Below, in pieces: positions 37,626-46,623 of a DNA stretch of 64,000 nucleotides. The notes under the pieces were generated by a model. That model was not told where the DNA came from and searched no databases. It saw only the letters and a list, made by a program, of their open reading frames with translations. The position numbers were made by a program, and so were the translations under genes. Every line of letters begins with the position of its first letter. The stretch's first letter is position 1. The DNA is from a candidate division FCPU426 bacterium (lineage in GTDB: Bacteria; Oederibacteriota; Muellerivitia; Muellerivitales; Muellerivitaceae), in NCBI GenBank assembly GCA_963771075.1, contig CAVYSE010000008.1, positions 34,317 to 98,316 of the forward strand, written 5' to 3'.

Positions 37626-38366
37626 TTATTGGTAAGAAACGATAAGCAACGGAGAGGTCCCGGTGGCCCCGTTGTAGGGGTAGAAATCAACATTCGAAAC
37701 GGATTCGTTGAACTCACCTTCGCTACGCAAAACAAGTCCCTGGTTGGTTCCCGTAAGCCAACCCTGAACGATTGAAGGGGTTATGGTAAATTCGTAAACC
37801 TTGGAAGTACCGGTGGCCGTGGTGGGAAAAACAACCGTGCTGATGGGCGTTAAATTCATAATACCTTGTTGACCATTAGACACATCACCGTCACAAGTAT
37901 TCCAACCGGTGGTCCCACTATAAAAACCCCAAGTCGCGGAAGTAGTCCACAAACAAGAAGGGATTAAAGAACTAGCAAGTTGATGTATGCCTATTGTCAC
38001 TGGATTCGTATTAACAGATGTAGCTGTCTCGGTGGTAAGGTCGATAGCCGCTGAAATGATCTGTGCATTAACAGGTAAAGAAGAAACATCGAATTTTAAT
38101 AAGACTCTTCCATAAGAAGATAAAGCTGAACCGGTTTTAATACGGCGATAAGACGTTGAATATTGGCTTGTAGAAGGTGCATTACAATCAAGCCATGTAT
38201 CAGTTTCTCCACTGTAAAAGGAATTAGGGTAAACGCCATTTTGGAAAGTGGCCTGGAAAGCGATGACTGGGGAACCAGTAGAACCTGCCGGACCAGCCGG
38301 GCCAGTTTTACCATCACACCCAACTAAAATTAAAGCCGACACTAAAATTGAATAAAGAAGTTTCAT
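37626..38366 (-). CDS. Lipoprotein with short collagen-like repeat and DNRLRE-like domain
   Basis: LVGC lipobox, GPAGPAG, DTWL, LLKFDVSSLP...SAAIDL and VQGWL..NQGLVL. Confidence 0.7.
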   Translation of the reverse strand: MKLLYSILVSALILVGCDGKTGPAGPAGSTGSPVIAFQATFQNGVYPNSFYSGETDTWLDCNAPSTSQYSTSYRRIKTGSALSSYGRVLLKFDVSSLPVNAQIISAAIDLTTETATSVNTNPVTIGIHQLASSLIPSCLWTTSATWGFYSGTTGWNTCDGDVSNGQQGIMNLTPISTVVFPTTATGTSKVYEFTITPSIVQGWLTGTNQGLVLRSEGEFNESVSNVDFYPYNGATGTSPLLIVSYQ

Positions 38367-38381
38367 CCAGGTCTCCTTTTT

Positions 38382-39440
38382 TTAATAACTGGTGTTAAGA
38401 ACAGCGGTAGTCCCTGTACCACCCGGCATATAATTACCATTCAAGACATGGTTATCGGGTGTTGTTAAAGTCAAATAACAAGCGACTTGGCCCAACCAAT
38501 TAGCGGCGAAGGAAACAGGAGCGGTAGTGGAACTATTTGAAATGGTGTATGTGCCGTTATAAAAATTATTACCGGTAGATGGAATTACTAAGCTCACACC
38601 TAAAGAGTAAGAATCATTGCAATCATTCGAAGAGACCATACTAAAACTAAATGTATCTTTTGCAGGATAAGAACCGGTGGCAGAAACGATGGAGTTAACA
38701 ACTACCGGGACAGAGTAACCCCTCTGTAATGAAGAAAAAGGATAAGGGAAAATAAAAGTTGAAGAAAAATTGGTGCAAGTCCATGTCAAAGGTAACGAAC
38801 CTACATAGCAATTATTTTTAGAAATGGTAACGGGGGCAGTTGTAACCCCTGCACCTAAAATAAGGTTGGGCGTCGAATATAAAAATTGGCTAGGTAATGA
38901 ATTAAGCGTAATGGATATAGGAGAATAAAGCGGATATACAGGTACGTTCGAGTTGTAATTAAGTGTAAAAATAAAACTGCTGTTGTTAACTGTGTAGGAT
39001 TGAGGAGCAGAAGAAACCAAAGAAATACTTTCAACTCCGCCCTGAAACGTGACGGAAGCCGCTGGGCCGTTGGTTACTTCAGTGATCGCGGCAGAAGATA
39101 GGTAATATTTCCCCTGCGTCGGAATAGTCACGGTATAAACCCCTGCCAAAATCGGGTATGGGTTAAACGCAACCGGCCCGTAAGTAGAAGAAACAACAGT
39201 CGTGGATTTAGAACTAGGATCGGTTAAAACAACCGTAACCCCTCCAACCTCGCCACCGTCCTGAATATAGGCGTTAATAGCTCCCACGGCAGGAGTAGGT
39301 GTTCCGGTGGGAAAATCAAAACCCAACGGGGCGTTGACGCCGAAAGGTTGGGTGTCTTTTTTGCAACCTTCAAACAACGTGAAAGCAATAATGGGCAAAA
39401 GTGAAAAGATAACAGCGAAACTAATAGGCCGAAACTTCAT
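38382..39440 (-). CDS. Ser/Thr-rich beta-sandwich lipoprotein (adhesin-like)
   Basis: FEGC lipobox-like motif and beta-rich sequence. Confidence 0.6.
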   Translation of the reverse strand: MKFRPISFAVIFSLLPIIAFTLFEGCKKDTQPFGVNAPLGFDFPTGTPTPAVGAINAYIQDGGEVGGVTVVLTDPSSKSTTVVSSTYGPVAFNPYPILAGVYTVTIPTQGKYYLSSAAITEVTNGPAASVTFQGGVESISLVSSAPQSYTVNNSSFIFTLNYNSNVPVYPLYSPISITLNSLPSQFLYSTPNLILGAGVTTAPVTISKNNCYVGSLPLTWTCTNFSSTFIFPYPFSSLQRGYSVPVVVNSIVSATGSYPAKDTFSFSMVSSNDCNDSYSLGVSLVIPSTGNNFYNGTYTISNSSTTAPVSFAANWLGQVACYLTLTTPDNHVLNGNYMPGGTGTTAVLNTSY

Positions 39441-39643
39441 AACTCCCTCCCTGTATCTACTTTCCTTCGGTTAGAAAAATAACGGTTGTCCAGCTCCTCA
39501 CGAATGATGTCGGAGGTAGTGATCTTCCGCCCTACCAAAGCCGCTTGATGGATTTCTTCGTAGAGTTTCTTTTTGTGAATCGGGGAGATGGTCGCATCCA
39601 AACGAACGTATTTTATTTTTTTGTAAGCTTGGGTAGATTTCAT
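39437..39643 (-). CDS. Ribbon-helix-helix-like regulator at the head of the transfer operon
   Basis: VRLDATIS...TTSDIIREELDNRY. Confidence 0.5.
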   Translation of the reverse strand: MKSTQAYKKIKYVRLDATISPIHKKKLYEEIHQAALVGRKITTSDIIREELDNRYFSNRRKVDTGREL

Positions 39644-39853
39644 TCATCCTCGCAAGATCACAAACTATGTGGAGTTATTCTGAAAGAATTGGAGACGGGG
39701 GAATATTTAACACGAATAAAAAATTGAGAAAAGAAAAAATTGAATTCCAAAGAAAAAAACTTAGGCCACTTTTTAGGCTAAAATTGTTTTCAGAAAATAA
39801 TCGAGGCAAATTTATTTTTGGACCGGGTTTAAGTTTGATCGTGAGAAAGTATT

Positions 39854-40066
39854 TCAAAGCCTTCTTTCAGAAATGAATTTAATCTCGTCCATCTGGCTAA
39901 TAAAATCCGGGCTATCAACAATGACCGCCCGGCCAAGGTAAACAATGCCTTTGTTAATGTCCCAGCCCGTTTCTTTTAAACAAAGGGTTAAGGCTTTATC
40001 GGAGTTTTCAGCCTCTCCCTTGAACCTTTGACCAGTTTTTCCACACTCAAACACGTATTCGGTCAT
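39854..40066 (-). CDS. Small hypothetical protein
   Basis: 70-aa ORF divergent from the XRE gene. Confidence 0.45.
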   Translation of the reverse strand: MTEYVFECGKTGQRFKGEAENSDKALTLCLKETGWDINKGIVYLGRAVIVDSPDFISQMDEIKFISERRL

Positions 40067-40086
40067 AAAAAACCGCCAAAAATGAG

Positions 40087-40104
40087 TAGTAAGTATACTT
40101 ACTA
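40087..40104. promoter_or_regulatory. Perfect 18-bp palindrome, probable operator
   Basis: TAGTAAGTATACTTACTA between divergent genes. Confidence 0.6.
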
Positions 40105-40137
40105 TGAAAATTACACCCCGCCTTTACCCTTGTCAAC

Positions 40138-40353
40138 GTGAAAGACAAAACATCGGCAATCTTCGGGCAAAATCTGAAAAAGCGGCGGTTACAGAAAAAA
40201 CTCTCCCAAAAAGTCGTGGGGGAGTTGGCGGGATTGACAATGACCTACATTGGACAGTTAGAGCGGGGGAAAATGGGTGTTTCGCTTAGGACTGCCAAGA
40301 GGATCGCGGACGCCCTGGGATGCCGTTTAGAAGATTTAATTCAAGGTTTGTAA
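40138..40353 (+). CDS. XRE-family HTH regulator
   Basis: FGQNLKKRR...LSQ...YIGQLERG...IADAL. Confidence 0.85.
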   Translation: MKDKTSAIFGQNLKKRRLQKKLSQKVVGELAGLTMTYIGQLERGKMGVSLRTAKRIADALGCRLEDLIQGL

Positions 40354-40409
40354 ACAAAGGGCGGGGTATCTGGTCCACCCGGTCCTAAAAACTCTCAACT
40401 GGTGGCCAG

Positions 40410-40604
40410 CTAGGGGCCTTGTTTTGGGATGGGACGCTCTAAAAACGCCGTTTCTTCAGAAATCCAAAATCTTTCATGGCCGTTCACGTCCACCAAAAGC
40501 CCCTCGCCGTGATTCGATCCCACGGTCCAGGGCATGGTTTTAATGAATGTTCCTTCTTCCCCGGTGATGAGGTGTTTCAACTTGTCGCCGGGCTCAAGGA
40601 TCAT
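40410..40604 (-). CDS. Small SH3-like hypothetical protein
   Basis: LEPGDKLKHLITGEEGTF pattern. Confidence 0.45.
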   Translation of the reverse strand: MILEPGDKLKHLITGEEGTFIKTMPWTVGSNHGEGLLVDVNGHERFWISEETAFLERPIPKQGP

Positions 40605-40948
40605 CGGCGGGGGCCGAAAAGCTGTCTCTCGGCGATATTAACCTCAAGGCTGATTGCGGCCCAAGAGATAAGCCAGGCCACCAACCAACCCCAAGCCGCA
40701 AGGGGGATGTATGAAAAAGGTATGTTGCCAAGGGCCACCTTAAAGGCCAGCCCCAAGAAGTGATAAACGAAGAAAATCTTGTAAAAAGCAACGCAAAAAA
40801 TAAACACGAGAAGCAAAAAAAAGGCGAAAGAAAAGGCTCGGATCAAAAGGGCCTTCGCGTACCGCGCAAACCATTCCGCGAAGGGCTGCCGTTCGTTTGT
40901 TGGCTCCTCGATCATCGTGTTTTCCGTCTTTTCTAACTCGTTCTCCAT
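40601..40948 (-). CDS. Two-TM membrane protein
   Basis: Hydrophobic segments, in operon. Confidence 0.5.
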   Translation of the reverse strand: MENELEKTENTMIEEPTNERQPFAEWFARYAKALLIRAFSFAFFLLLVFIFCVAFYKIFFVYHFLGLAFKVALGNIPFSYIPLAAWGWLVAWLISWAAISLEVNIAERQLFGPRR

Positions 40949-40959
40949 AACCAAGCTCC

Positions 40960-41250
40960 TTAAACATCCACTACGGTTTCCCACCGGCTCACCCTGGGGG
41001 AAGGGTCCGGCTCATGAAAACCTAAACCATTACACCTGGGGCAAACACTCCCAGCCGGTCCCCTGCCGGTACCTCCACAAGGTTTGCAGGTGTCAAACCA
41101 AGCGTCCTGGTGGCCGGACCCGTTGCAATCGCAACAAGGAAACCGGCTCGAATAATAAATCCCCTCCATCCAATAGCCATCTGGTCCAGGCTCAAAGCCC
41201 GTCCCCTTGCAAGAGGGGCAATCGACCAAACCCCACGTCCCAGACTCCAT
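40960..41250 (-). CDS. DnaJ-type CxxCxGxG zinc-finger protein
   Basis: Four CxxCxGxG repeats. Confidence 0.65.
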   Translation of the reverse strand: MESGTWGLVDCPSCKGTGFEPGPDGYWMEGIYYSSRFPCCDCNGSGHQDAWFDTCKPCGGTGRGPAGSVCPRCNGLGFHEPDPSPRVSRWETVVDV

Positions 41251-41616
41251 TTAAGCCGTCGAATCCCGGGCGGTAGGTTGGCGCTCTAAAGAAACGTTAA
41301 CTCCCAAAAAGTCATAAATCTGTGAGGCTACAAGGGTCCACCCCGCACGGTATCCACGGTCGTCCAGGTCCTCGATGAATCGTTTCACGAATGAAGTGGC
41401 CAGCTCCTCCGCCTTCTTCTCGTCTTCTAAAAAATCGTAAAGGATACTCATAGCCAAAAGCCTGTGGCCTAAGTGGTTGCCCTTACCCCAATCCAGGACA
41501 TGGGGGTCAGAAAATAAGGCTGTGGATCCCTTTGGCCTCAAGGCCGTAACCCCGTCTTTTAAAATCCGGACCGTGCCGTCCTTGCTCCTAAGTCCAATGT
41601 AAATGGTTTCTTTCAT
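41251..41616 (-). CDS. DUF6166-like protein
   Basis: DWG...LAMSILYD...A...F...FI..L...WTL pattern. Confidence 0.55.
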   Translation of the reverse strand: MKETIYIGLRSKDGTVRILKDGVTALRPKGSTALFSDPHVLDWGKGNHLGHRLLAMSILYDFLEDEKKAEELATSFVKRFIEDLDDRGYRAGWTLVASQIYDFLGVNVSLERQPTARDSTA

Positions 41617-42050
41617 CGGATAGCCTCTCCAATAAGCCGTTCAACGGTTTCAACTTGAAGGTGTTTCCACTTCGGGTTGAAAAATGCCTTCCCGTTCCAA
41701 TCAAACGAAACAAGGTCGAAAGTGTCCCGGGGCCGGTCCTTGTAAAACCCTCCCGGGTAACGCTCAATCCAAACGAAGTCAGACGGGGAAAGTATTCGGT
41801 CCTCTGCCGGCACGTTGCCAACGTAGGGAAAAAGGTTTTTACCCCGCTTGATCTCGACATAGTTAAAAGCCATGGTGGCCAGGTGGGCGGCGCTGTTGGT
41901 GATTGAAGTTCCGGTGTCAGGGCCTAAGTCGCTGGCAATCGCCACAACCCGCCTTTCGTGATAAAACACCTGCAAAAAGCATTTTGATTCCCACGTCCCG
42001 GGTCCCAACCCCTGCCCTTTCCAGTTGAATAATTCTTGGATCAAAACCAT
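41613..42050 (-). CDS. Mobile-element-type hypothetical protein
   Basis: GTSITNSA...WIERYP...FDLVSF...PKWKHL. Confidence 0.6.
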   Translation of the reverse strand: MVLIQELFNWKGQGLGPGTWESKCFLQVFYHERRVVAIASDLGPDTGTSITNSAAHLATMAFNYVEIKRGKNLFPYVGNVPAEDRILSPSDFVWIERYPGGFYKDRPRDTFDLVSFDWNGKAFFNPKWKHLQVETVERLIGEAIR

Positions 42051-42072
42051 AAACCCCTCAAAGGTTCGTTAG

Positions 42073-42441
42073 TTATGTTGTAAGAGTTAATTTTCCAGGC
42101 CCCAAAAGAAACTCGGCCAGGCTCACGTCATAAGACCCGGCTATCCGGCAAAGAACCGAGTAGCTGGGGTTAACTCCCTTCCTGCATTCCTCGATGTGCT
42201 GGTAGGTGGCCAGGCTGCACCCGACCAGATCGGCGGCCTGGTCCTGGGTCCTGCCGGTGGTCAATCTCCACCCCCAAGCGGCCCGCGCGAGGATCGCTAC
42301 GGGCGTCTCCTGGGTGATTTTTTTGTAAACGTCCGGCTTGTTCTCCTTCACCCACCCAAGCCAGGTATCGGCATTGAGATAGGTTTTAGACGCTTCCGGA
42401 TCGGCTAAGAATCGTGTTCCCTTTTTATGGGCGGTTTTCAT
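42073..42441 (-). CDS. XRE-family HTH protein
   Basis: TQDQAADLVGCSLATYQHIEE...NPS...RIA. Confidence 0.75.
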   Translation of the reverse strand: MKTAHKKGTRFLADPEASKTYLNADTWLGWVKENKPDVYKKITQETPVAILARAAWGWRLTTGRTQDQAADLVGCSLATYQHIEECRKGVNPSYSVLCRIAGSYDVSLAEFLLGPGKLTLTT

Positions 42442-42447
42442 GCGTCA

Positions 42448-42476
42448 ATGCTACACCTAATATATTAGGTGTTCAA
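42448..42476 (-). promoter_or_regulatory. Leaderless-type sigma70 promoter with a perfect 20-bp palindromic operator
   Basis: TTGAAC-17bp-TAGCAT, 6 nt before the ATG; palindrome ACACCTAATATATTAGGTGT at 42453-42472. Confidence 0.7.
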
Positions 42477-42517
42477 TAAAAAAGGTTTTAAGCCGGTCCC
42501 CCGCGAGGGGGGTCTGA

Positions 42518-42850
42518 TCACTCCCCTCTGGTTTTGAAAAGCTCGATGAAAGCCATGGGTTTAAAATCCAGGTCCAACATAACGGGCACGCCATTAACCT
42601 CCACAAAGGCCATTTCGTTCAAGGAAAAGTAACCCCACTCGGGGTAGGCGGACGGTCCCTCCACCCAGCCAAAAAAGAGGCGGTTTTCTAGATCGTACTC
42701 CACCGCATACCAAGCGTGGCGGGAAAGAGGATGATAAAACCTCATCCTTAAAATCTTCTCGTTAAGCCCCTTCTTCTCGGTGGAATAAAGCGGGGGCATA
42801 TCGGCCAAGGCCTCCGGGTGGTCCAGTAACGTCTCACAAGGTTTAAACAT
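42518..42850 (-). CDS. DUF2958-family protein
   Basis: PPLYSTE...WYAVEYD...FFGWV...EWGYFSLNE...DLDFKP. Confidence 0.75.
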   Translation of the reverse strand: MFKPCETLLDHPEALADMPPLYSTEKKGLNEKILRMRFYHPLSRHAWYAVEYDLENRLFFGWVEGPSAYPEWGYFSLNEMAFVEVNGVPVMLDLDFKPMAFIELFKTRGE

Positions 42851-42874
42851 GAAAAGCCTCCTTAAGATAATTAT

Positions 42875-43069
42875 TCAAGATTCAAAAATCGTTTGGCAAT
42901 CCGCACAAAAACCGGTTTCGAAGTTGGGGGAAGCCTCGGGTTTACCGCAAACCAAGCAAACCCCATGGCAAGCCGGGCAAGGGCCTTCCTTGATCTCGTC
43001 CCAGCCGTGGGAGCAACCCCAAGCGGCCCATGGGAAGTGGAGTTCTACTTTTAAAGTTTTGGCTTCCAT
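42875..43069 (-). CDS. Small Cys-rich zinc-finger protein
   Basis: Several CxxC motifs. Confidence 0.5.
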   Translation of the reverse strand: MEAKTLKVELHFPWAAWGCSHGWDEIKEGPCPACHGVCLVCGKPEASPNFETGFCADCQTIFES

Positions 43070-43078
43070 GGATCGTCC

Positions 43079-43255
43079 TTAGTTGAGGATGAAGTCGTTG
43101 GCGTTACGGCTTCCAAGGTAGGAAACGTCCTCAAGCCTCCAATTAAAAGTTTCAATGAGCTGGCCGACGGCCTTCCCTAAAGCAAACTGGCCATCCTCCA
43201 AAATCACTTTGATCTCGGCGGTGCCCCTGTTCTTGAAGATGAAAAACTTTTTCAT
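43079..43255 (-). CDS. Small hypothetical protein, first gene after structured repeat A
   Basis: AAGGAG RBS; start MKKFFIF. Confidence 0.5.
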   Translation of the reverse strand: MKKFFIFKNRGTAEIKVILEDGQFALGKAVGQLIETFNWRLEDVSYLGSRNANDFILN

Positions 43256-43274
43256 TGTTGAGACTCCTTGCTGA

Positions 43275-43753
43275 TTGATTAGAGGAGGGAGCGGCCTCCG
43301 GGGACCGCCCCCCCAAAAGACTTGGGGGCGGGCCACGGAGCGAAAAGAGGTGTTCGTCTTTGGAAAACTTTTGTTCCGGGGGAGTGCGTCTAGGTGTCAG
43401 CATCATCCGGGCAAAGCCCGTCCCGTCTGTGCTGGCCGGATAGCCGACGGAGGAGGCCCGGCCAGGGACGGGGTTTAGGGGCGGAGGCCCCGGCCCGGAC
43501 GGCAAAGCCGCCCGGAAAATAGTTTTCTACAGGATTTGCGTCTCTGGGATTGTCAGGGGGCACTCCCCCTGACTAGGGTAGGGCTTGGTGACGGGGATCT
43601 TCCCGGCCCAAAGGGGGTTCCGGGGGGCTGTGCCCACCCGGGCCAGGAAAAGGTGAAGGGAAGGGGGTGTTCCCTGCCCTTCGAGTTAAAAATCTTTTGA
43701 GGAAACCTACACGTCCCCGGGAAGCCTTCCGGCCCGGGGACGGCGAGGTTTCC
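43275..43753. repeat. ~480-bp structured repeat, copy A
   Basis: Homologous to 45120-45597 and 55119-55597; many hairpins. Confidence 0.88.
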
Positions 43754-43816
43754 GACCCGCGCGGCGCTGGGTCCGTGGCCAGGCCCTTTAGGGCCCGGCC
43801 TGGTCCTCGGGGTTCT

Positions 43817-44002
43817 TTAATAAAACCTTGCCCCGTAAGTTCTTTGAAGGTTGAGCCGGTGCTTAGCCCGGTCCACCGCTTCTTTTTTTGTGGTGCCGTA
43901 TCCAAAGACTCCGGGTTTGCCCTCATCCTTGAACCAAGCTCCAAAGGTCGTCCTGTTCTCCCACCAAACCTTGAATCCGTTTCCCTGTTCCAAAATCCTC
44001 AT
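43817..44002 (-). CDS. Small hypothetical protein
   Basis: AAGGAG RBS; GYGTTKKEAV motif. Confidence 0.45.
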   Translation of the reverse strand: MRILEQGNGFKVWWENRTTFGAWFKDEGKPGVFGYGTTKKEAVDRAKHRLNLQRTYGARFY

Positions 44003-44011
44003 GGCGGCTCC

Positions 44012-44212
44012 TTAGTTGAATTCCCATTGCTCCCGGATATCCGGGGAACAGTCAGGGCAAAGGTGGTGGCTGTGATGAGGGGTGGCTTTCATTCGAACCC
44101 CGCACCCTGGGCAGGTGAATTCGGATAGATGGGGCGTTTCCCGCCCCATCCTTTCCGGTATGTAGTCGAACCCCATCTTGTGTTGTAGCGTCCTGGGCTT
44201 ATTCCCGCTCAT
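44012..44212 (-). CDS. Small zinc-ribbon protein
   Basis: CPGC...CPDC; coupled to the ardC stop. Confidence 0.5.
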   Translation of the reverse strand: MSGNKPRTLQHKMGFDYIPERMGRETPHLSEFTCPGCGVRMKATPHHSHHLCPDCSPDIREQWEFN

Positions 44213-45102
44213 TGGGCGGCTTCCTTCTTTTCGTGTTTCACCTTGAGGATGAAATCGACGGCCCTCTGTGCGTGGGAAGCGGCGTGAATGATCGCCTGTT
44301 TGTCGTCTTTCAAAACCTTGAGCCAAGAGGCGATATAAGATGAGTGGGCGCTGTTGTAAGCGAGGCCAATATGTGACGAGAGAAAAGACCCCCCCAACTC
44401 CGCCACTAATTCCTCGAATGCGTAAGCCTCTGAACCAAACCGGCCTGAAAAATTCCGGTTGAGCCTCGAAACGTGGCCGCTGGCGTGGGTCAATTCGTGA
44501 AAAACCGTGTTGTAAAGCCCTTGGGTGGATTTGAAGGAATCCCTCGAAGGAAGGGTGATCTTGTCGGTGGCCGGGGAATAAAAAGCCTTATCCATGCCGC
44601 TGAAAGAAATGCTCACCCCGGAATCGGCCATGATCTTCTCGCCCTCCTCGATGGGGTCCACGGTCATGAGAATGTTCTTCGCCTTGAGGGCGTCCAGTCC
44701 CTCGGTCTGGTCCAGGTTGAAAACGTGGTAAACCTTGAGAAGGGGGAAGCTCTCGATCTTGGCTTTGCCCTGGTCGTCCAGTTCCTCGCCCTTGTGGGTC
44801 AAAATGTCATAAAAAACAATCTCGCTTGATTTCTCGCCCTTCTTGATTCGTCCCCCTAAGTCGGTGGCCTGTTTGAAGGTCAGCCAGGCCGGGCACGAAT
44901 ACTGCTTGAAAGCCCTGACGTAGGAAAGAATCAGGATATTTACTCCCCGGTATTCCTTCCCCGTGGATGCGTTCTTTGGGATTGCGCTGAACCAATCCTT
45001 TTCCCACGGCATGACGCCTTTGGCCAGGTCGCTCAAAACCCTTTCCGTGATTTCCTCCATGGCCGCTGTTGATTTGTTTTGCTTCGTACCCGTCTTTTCC
45101 AT
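44209..45102 (-). CDS. ardC: ArdC antirestriction protein (ssDNA-binding + zincin domain)
   Basis: PWEKDW, YRGVN, WLTFKQA, VFNLDQ, AFYSP..D.I, HELTHASGH..RL.R, YAFEELVAE and SYIASW. Confidence 0.92.
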   Translation of the reverse strand: MEKTGTKQNKSTAAMEEITERVLSDLAKGVMPWEKDWFSAIPKNASTGKEYRGVNILILSYVRAFKQYSCPAWLTFKQATDLGGRIKKGEKSSEIVFYDILTHKGEELDDQGKAKIESFPLLKVYHVFNLDQTEGLDALKAKNILMTVDPIEEGEKIMADSGVSISFSGMDKAFYSPATDKITLPSRDSFKSTQGLYNTVFHELTHASGHVSRLNRNFSGRFGSEAYAFEELVAELGGSFLSSHIGLAYNSAHSSYIASWLKVLKDDKQAIIHAASHAQRAVDFILKVKHEKKEAAQ

Positions 45103-45119
45103 ATCGCTTCTCCTTTGTT

Positions 45120-45597
45120 TGATTAGAGGAGAGAGCGGCCTCCGGGACCGCCCCCCCACAAAGACTTGGGGGCGGTCACGGAGCGAAAGAGGTGTTCGCC
45201 TATAGAAAATCGAAGTCCGGGGGTTGTGCGCTTAGGTGTTAGCAAACGGGGATTTCTCTCCCCCATCTGTGCTGGCCGGATAAGACGACGGAGGAGTCCC
45301 GGCCAGGGGGAGAGAAAAGGCGCTGACCGGTCCCCGCCACGAAGTGGCCCCCGGATTCGGTTTTCGTCCACGTTGCTGTGCGACGCCGGGCATATCAGGG
45401 GTTACTTCCCCTGATTAGGGAAGAGTTTGATGACGGGGATCTTCCCGTCTCAAGGGGAGACGGAGGGGCTAACAGCCCACTCGGGCTAGGAAAAGGTGAA
45501 GGGAAGGGGTTCTTCCCTGCCCTTCGAGTTTAAAAGCCTTTAGAGGAAACCTACACGGCCCACGGGAAGCCTTACCGCCCTGGGACGGCGAGGTTTC
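45120..45597. repeat. ~480-bp structured repeat, copy B
   Basis: Directly upstream of ardC. Confidence 0.85.
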
Positions 45598-45685
45598 TTT
45601 CACCATGGCCGTTACGATGTCGGGTGGGCTAAAAAGCCAAAGAAGATAATCCTCTCTGAATAACCCTTATCTCAAAGGAGAGGAA

Positions 45686-46519
45686 ATGAAAACTGCCATC
45701 GTCCCCAAACAGCCAACCCAAGCGGTTCTTTATGTCCGGGTATCTTCCAAGGAACAGGAAAAAGGGGGGTTCTCCATCCCGGCCCAATTGAGATTGCTTC
45801 GGCAATATGGTGAAACCCAAGGGTTCACCATCATCAAAGAATTTCGGGACGTTGAAACGGCCAAGCAATCTGGCCGTGAAGGCTTTGGTGAGATGGTTAA
45901 TTACCTTCTGAATAATTCAAACTGCAAATATTTATTGGTCGAGAAAACTGATCGCCTTTACCGGAATTTCAAGGATTACGTTTCGTTGGAAGATATGGAT
46001 GTTGAGATCCACCTGGTTAAAGAAGGTTCCATCGTTTCGAATAATTCTAAATCGGCCGAAAAGTTCATCCACGGGATTAAGGTCTTAATGGCCAAAAACT
46101 ACGTGGATAACCTCTCTGAGGAAACTCGCAAGGGGATGACTGAAAAGGCGGCGGAAGGGATATGGCCATCCGCCGCTCCCCTTGGTTACAAGAACATTGC
46201 CGGGCGTGACGGCAAGCGAACCATAAAGCCGGATTCCAAAATGAGCAGGATTATTTATTCACTTTATAAGGACTATTCGACGGGGCGTTATTCCCTCAAG
46301 GAAATAACTAAGAGGTACTGGAATAAAGGGTTGGTGGTCCGGAAAAGCAAAAAGATTCTTTCCAAGAGTACGGTTTATAAAATACTAACTAACCGGATGT
46401 ATACGGGGGTGTTCCAATGGAGAGAGATAAATTACCGGGGTAAGTACAAGCCTATCATTCCGCAAAAACTTTGGGATAAAACCCAGAAGGTAATGGAAAA
46501 ACACTTCAAGTTAAGATAA
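45686..46519 (+). CDS. Short serine recombinase (resolvase catalytic + recombinase domain; no zinc ribbon/coiled coil)
   Basis: YVRVSSKEQ, KTDRLYRN, APLGY, ILTNRMYTG and KPIIPQKLWDKTQ, then stop at 277 aa. Confidence 0.9.
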   Translation: MKTAIVPKQPTQAVLYVRVSSKEQEKGGFSIPAQLRLLRQYGETQGFTIIKEFRDVETAKQSGREGFGEMVNYLLNNSNCKYLLVEKTDRLYRNFKDYVSLEDMDVEIHLVKEGSIVSNNSKSAEKFIHGIKVLMAKNYVDNLSEETRKGMTEKAAEGIWPSAAPLGYKNIAGRDGKRTIKPDSKMSRIIYSLYKDYSTGRYSLKEITKRYWNKGLVVRKSKKILSKSTVYKILTNRMYTGVFQWREINYRGKYKPIIPQKLWDKTQKVMEKHFKLR

Positions 46520-46533
46520 TCAGTAGTACTGAG

Positions 46534-46561
46534 TGTTCCTTTTGGGTCCCCGTCGTGGACA
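46534..46561 (+). repeat. att-like dyad site 1
   Basis: TGTTCC-TTTT-GGG-TC-CCC-GTCG-TGGACA. Confidence 0.85.
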
Positions 46562-46623
46562 AGTTTAGAACGCTGGGTTACCAGGGATAAATGTTCGGTT
46601 CCCACTAAATTCCCACATTCCAA

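Noticed and set aside
43152..43944. Pro/Gly/Arg-rich ORFs across the structured repeats (also 45123-45414 and 55234-55717)
   Set aside because: Frames are not conserved between copies; explained by GC-rich hairpin DNA.
46534..46561. tRNA gene at the att-like sites
   Set aside because: Only ~17 nt resemble a 3' end; no T-loop, anticodon arm or D arm.
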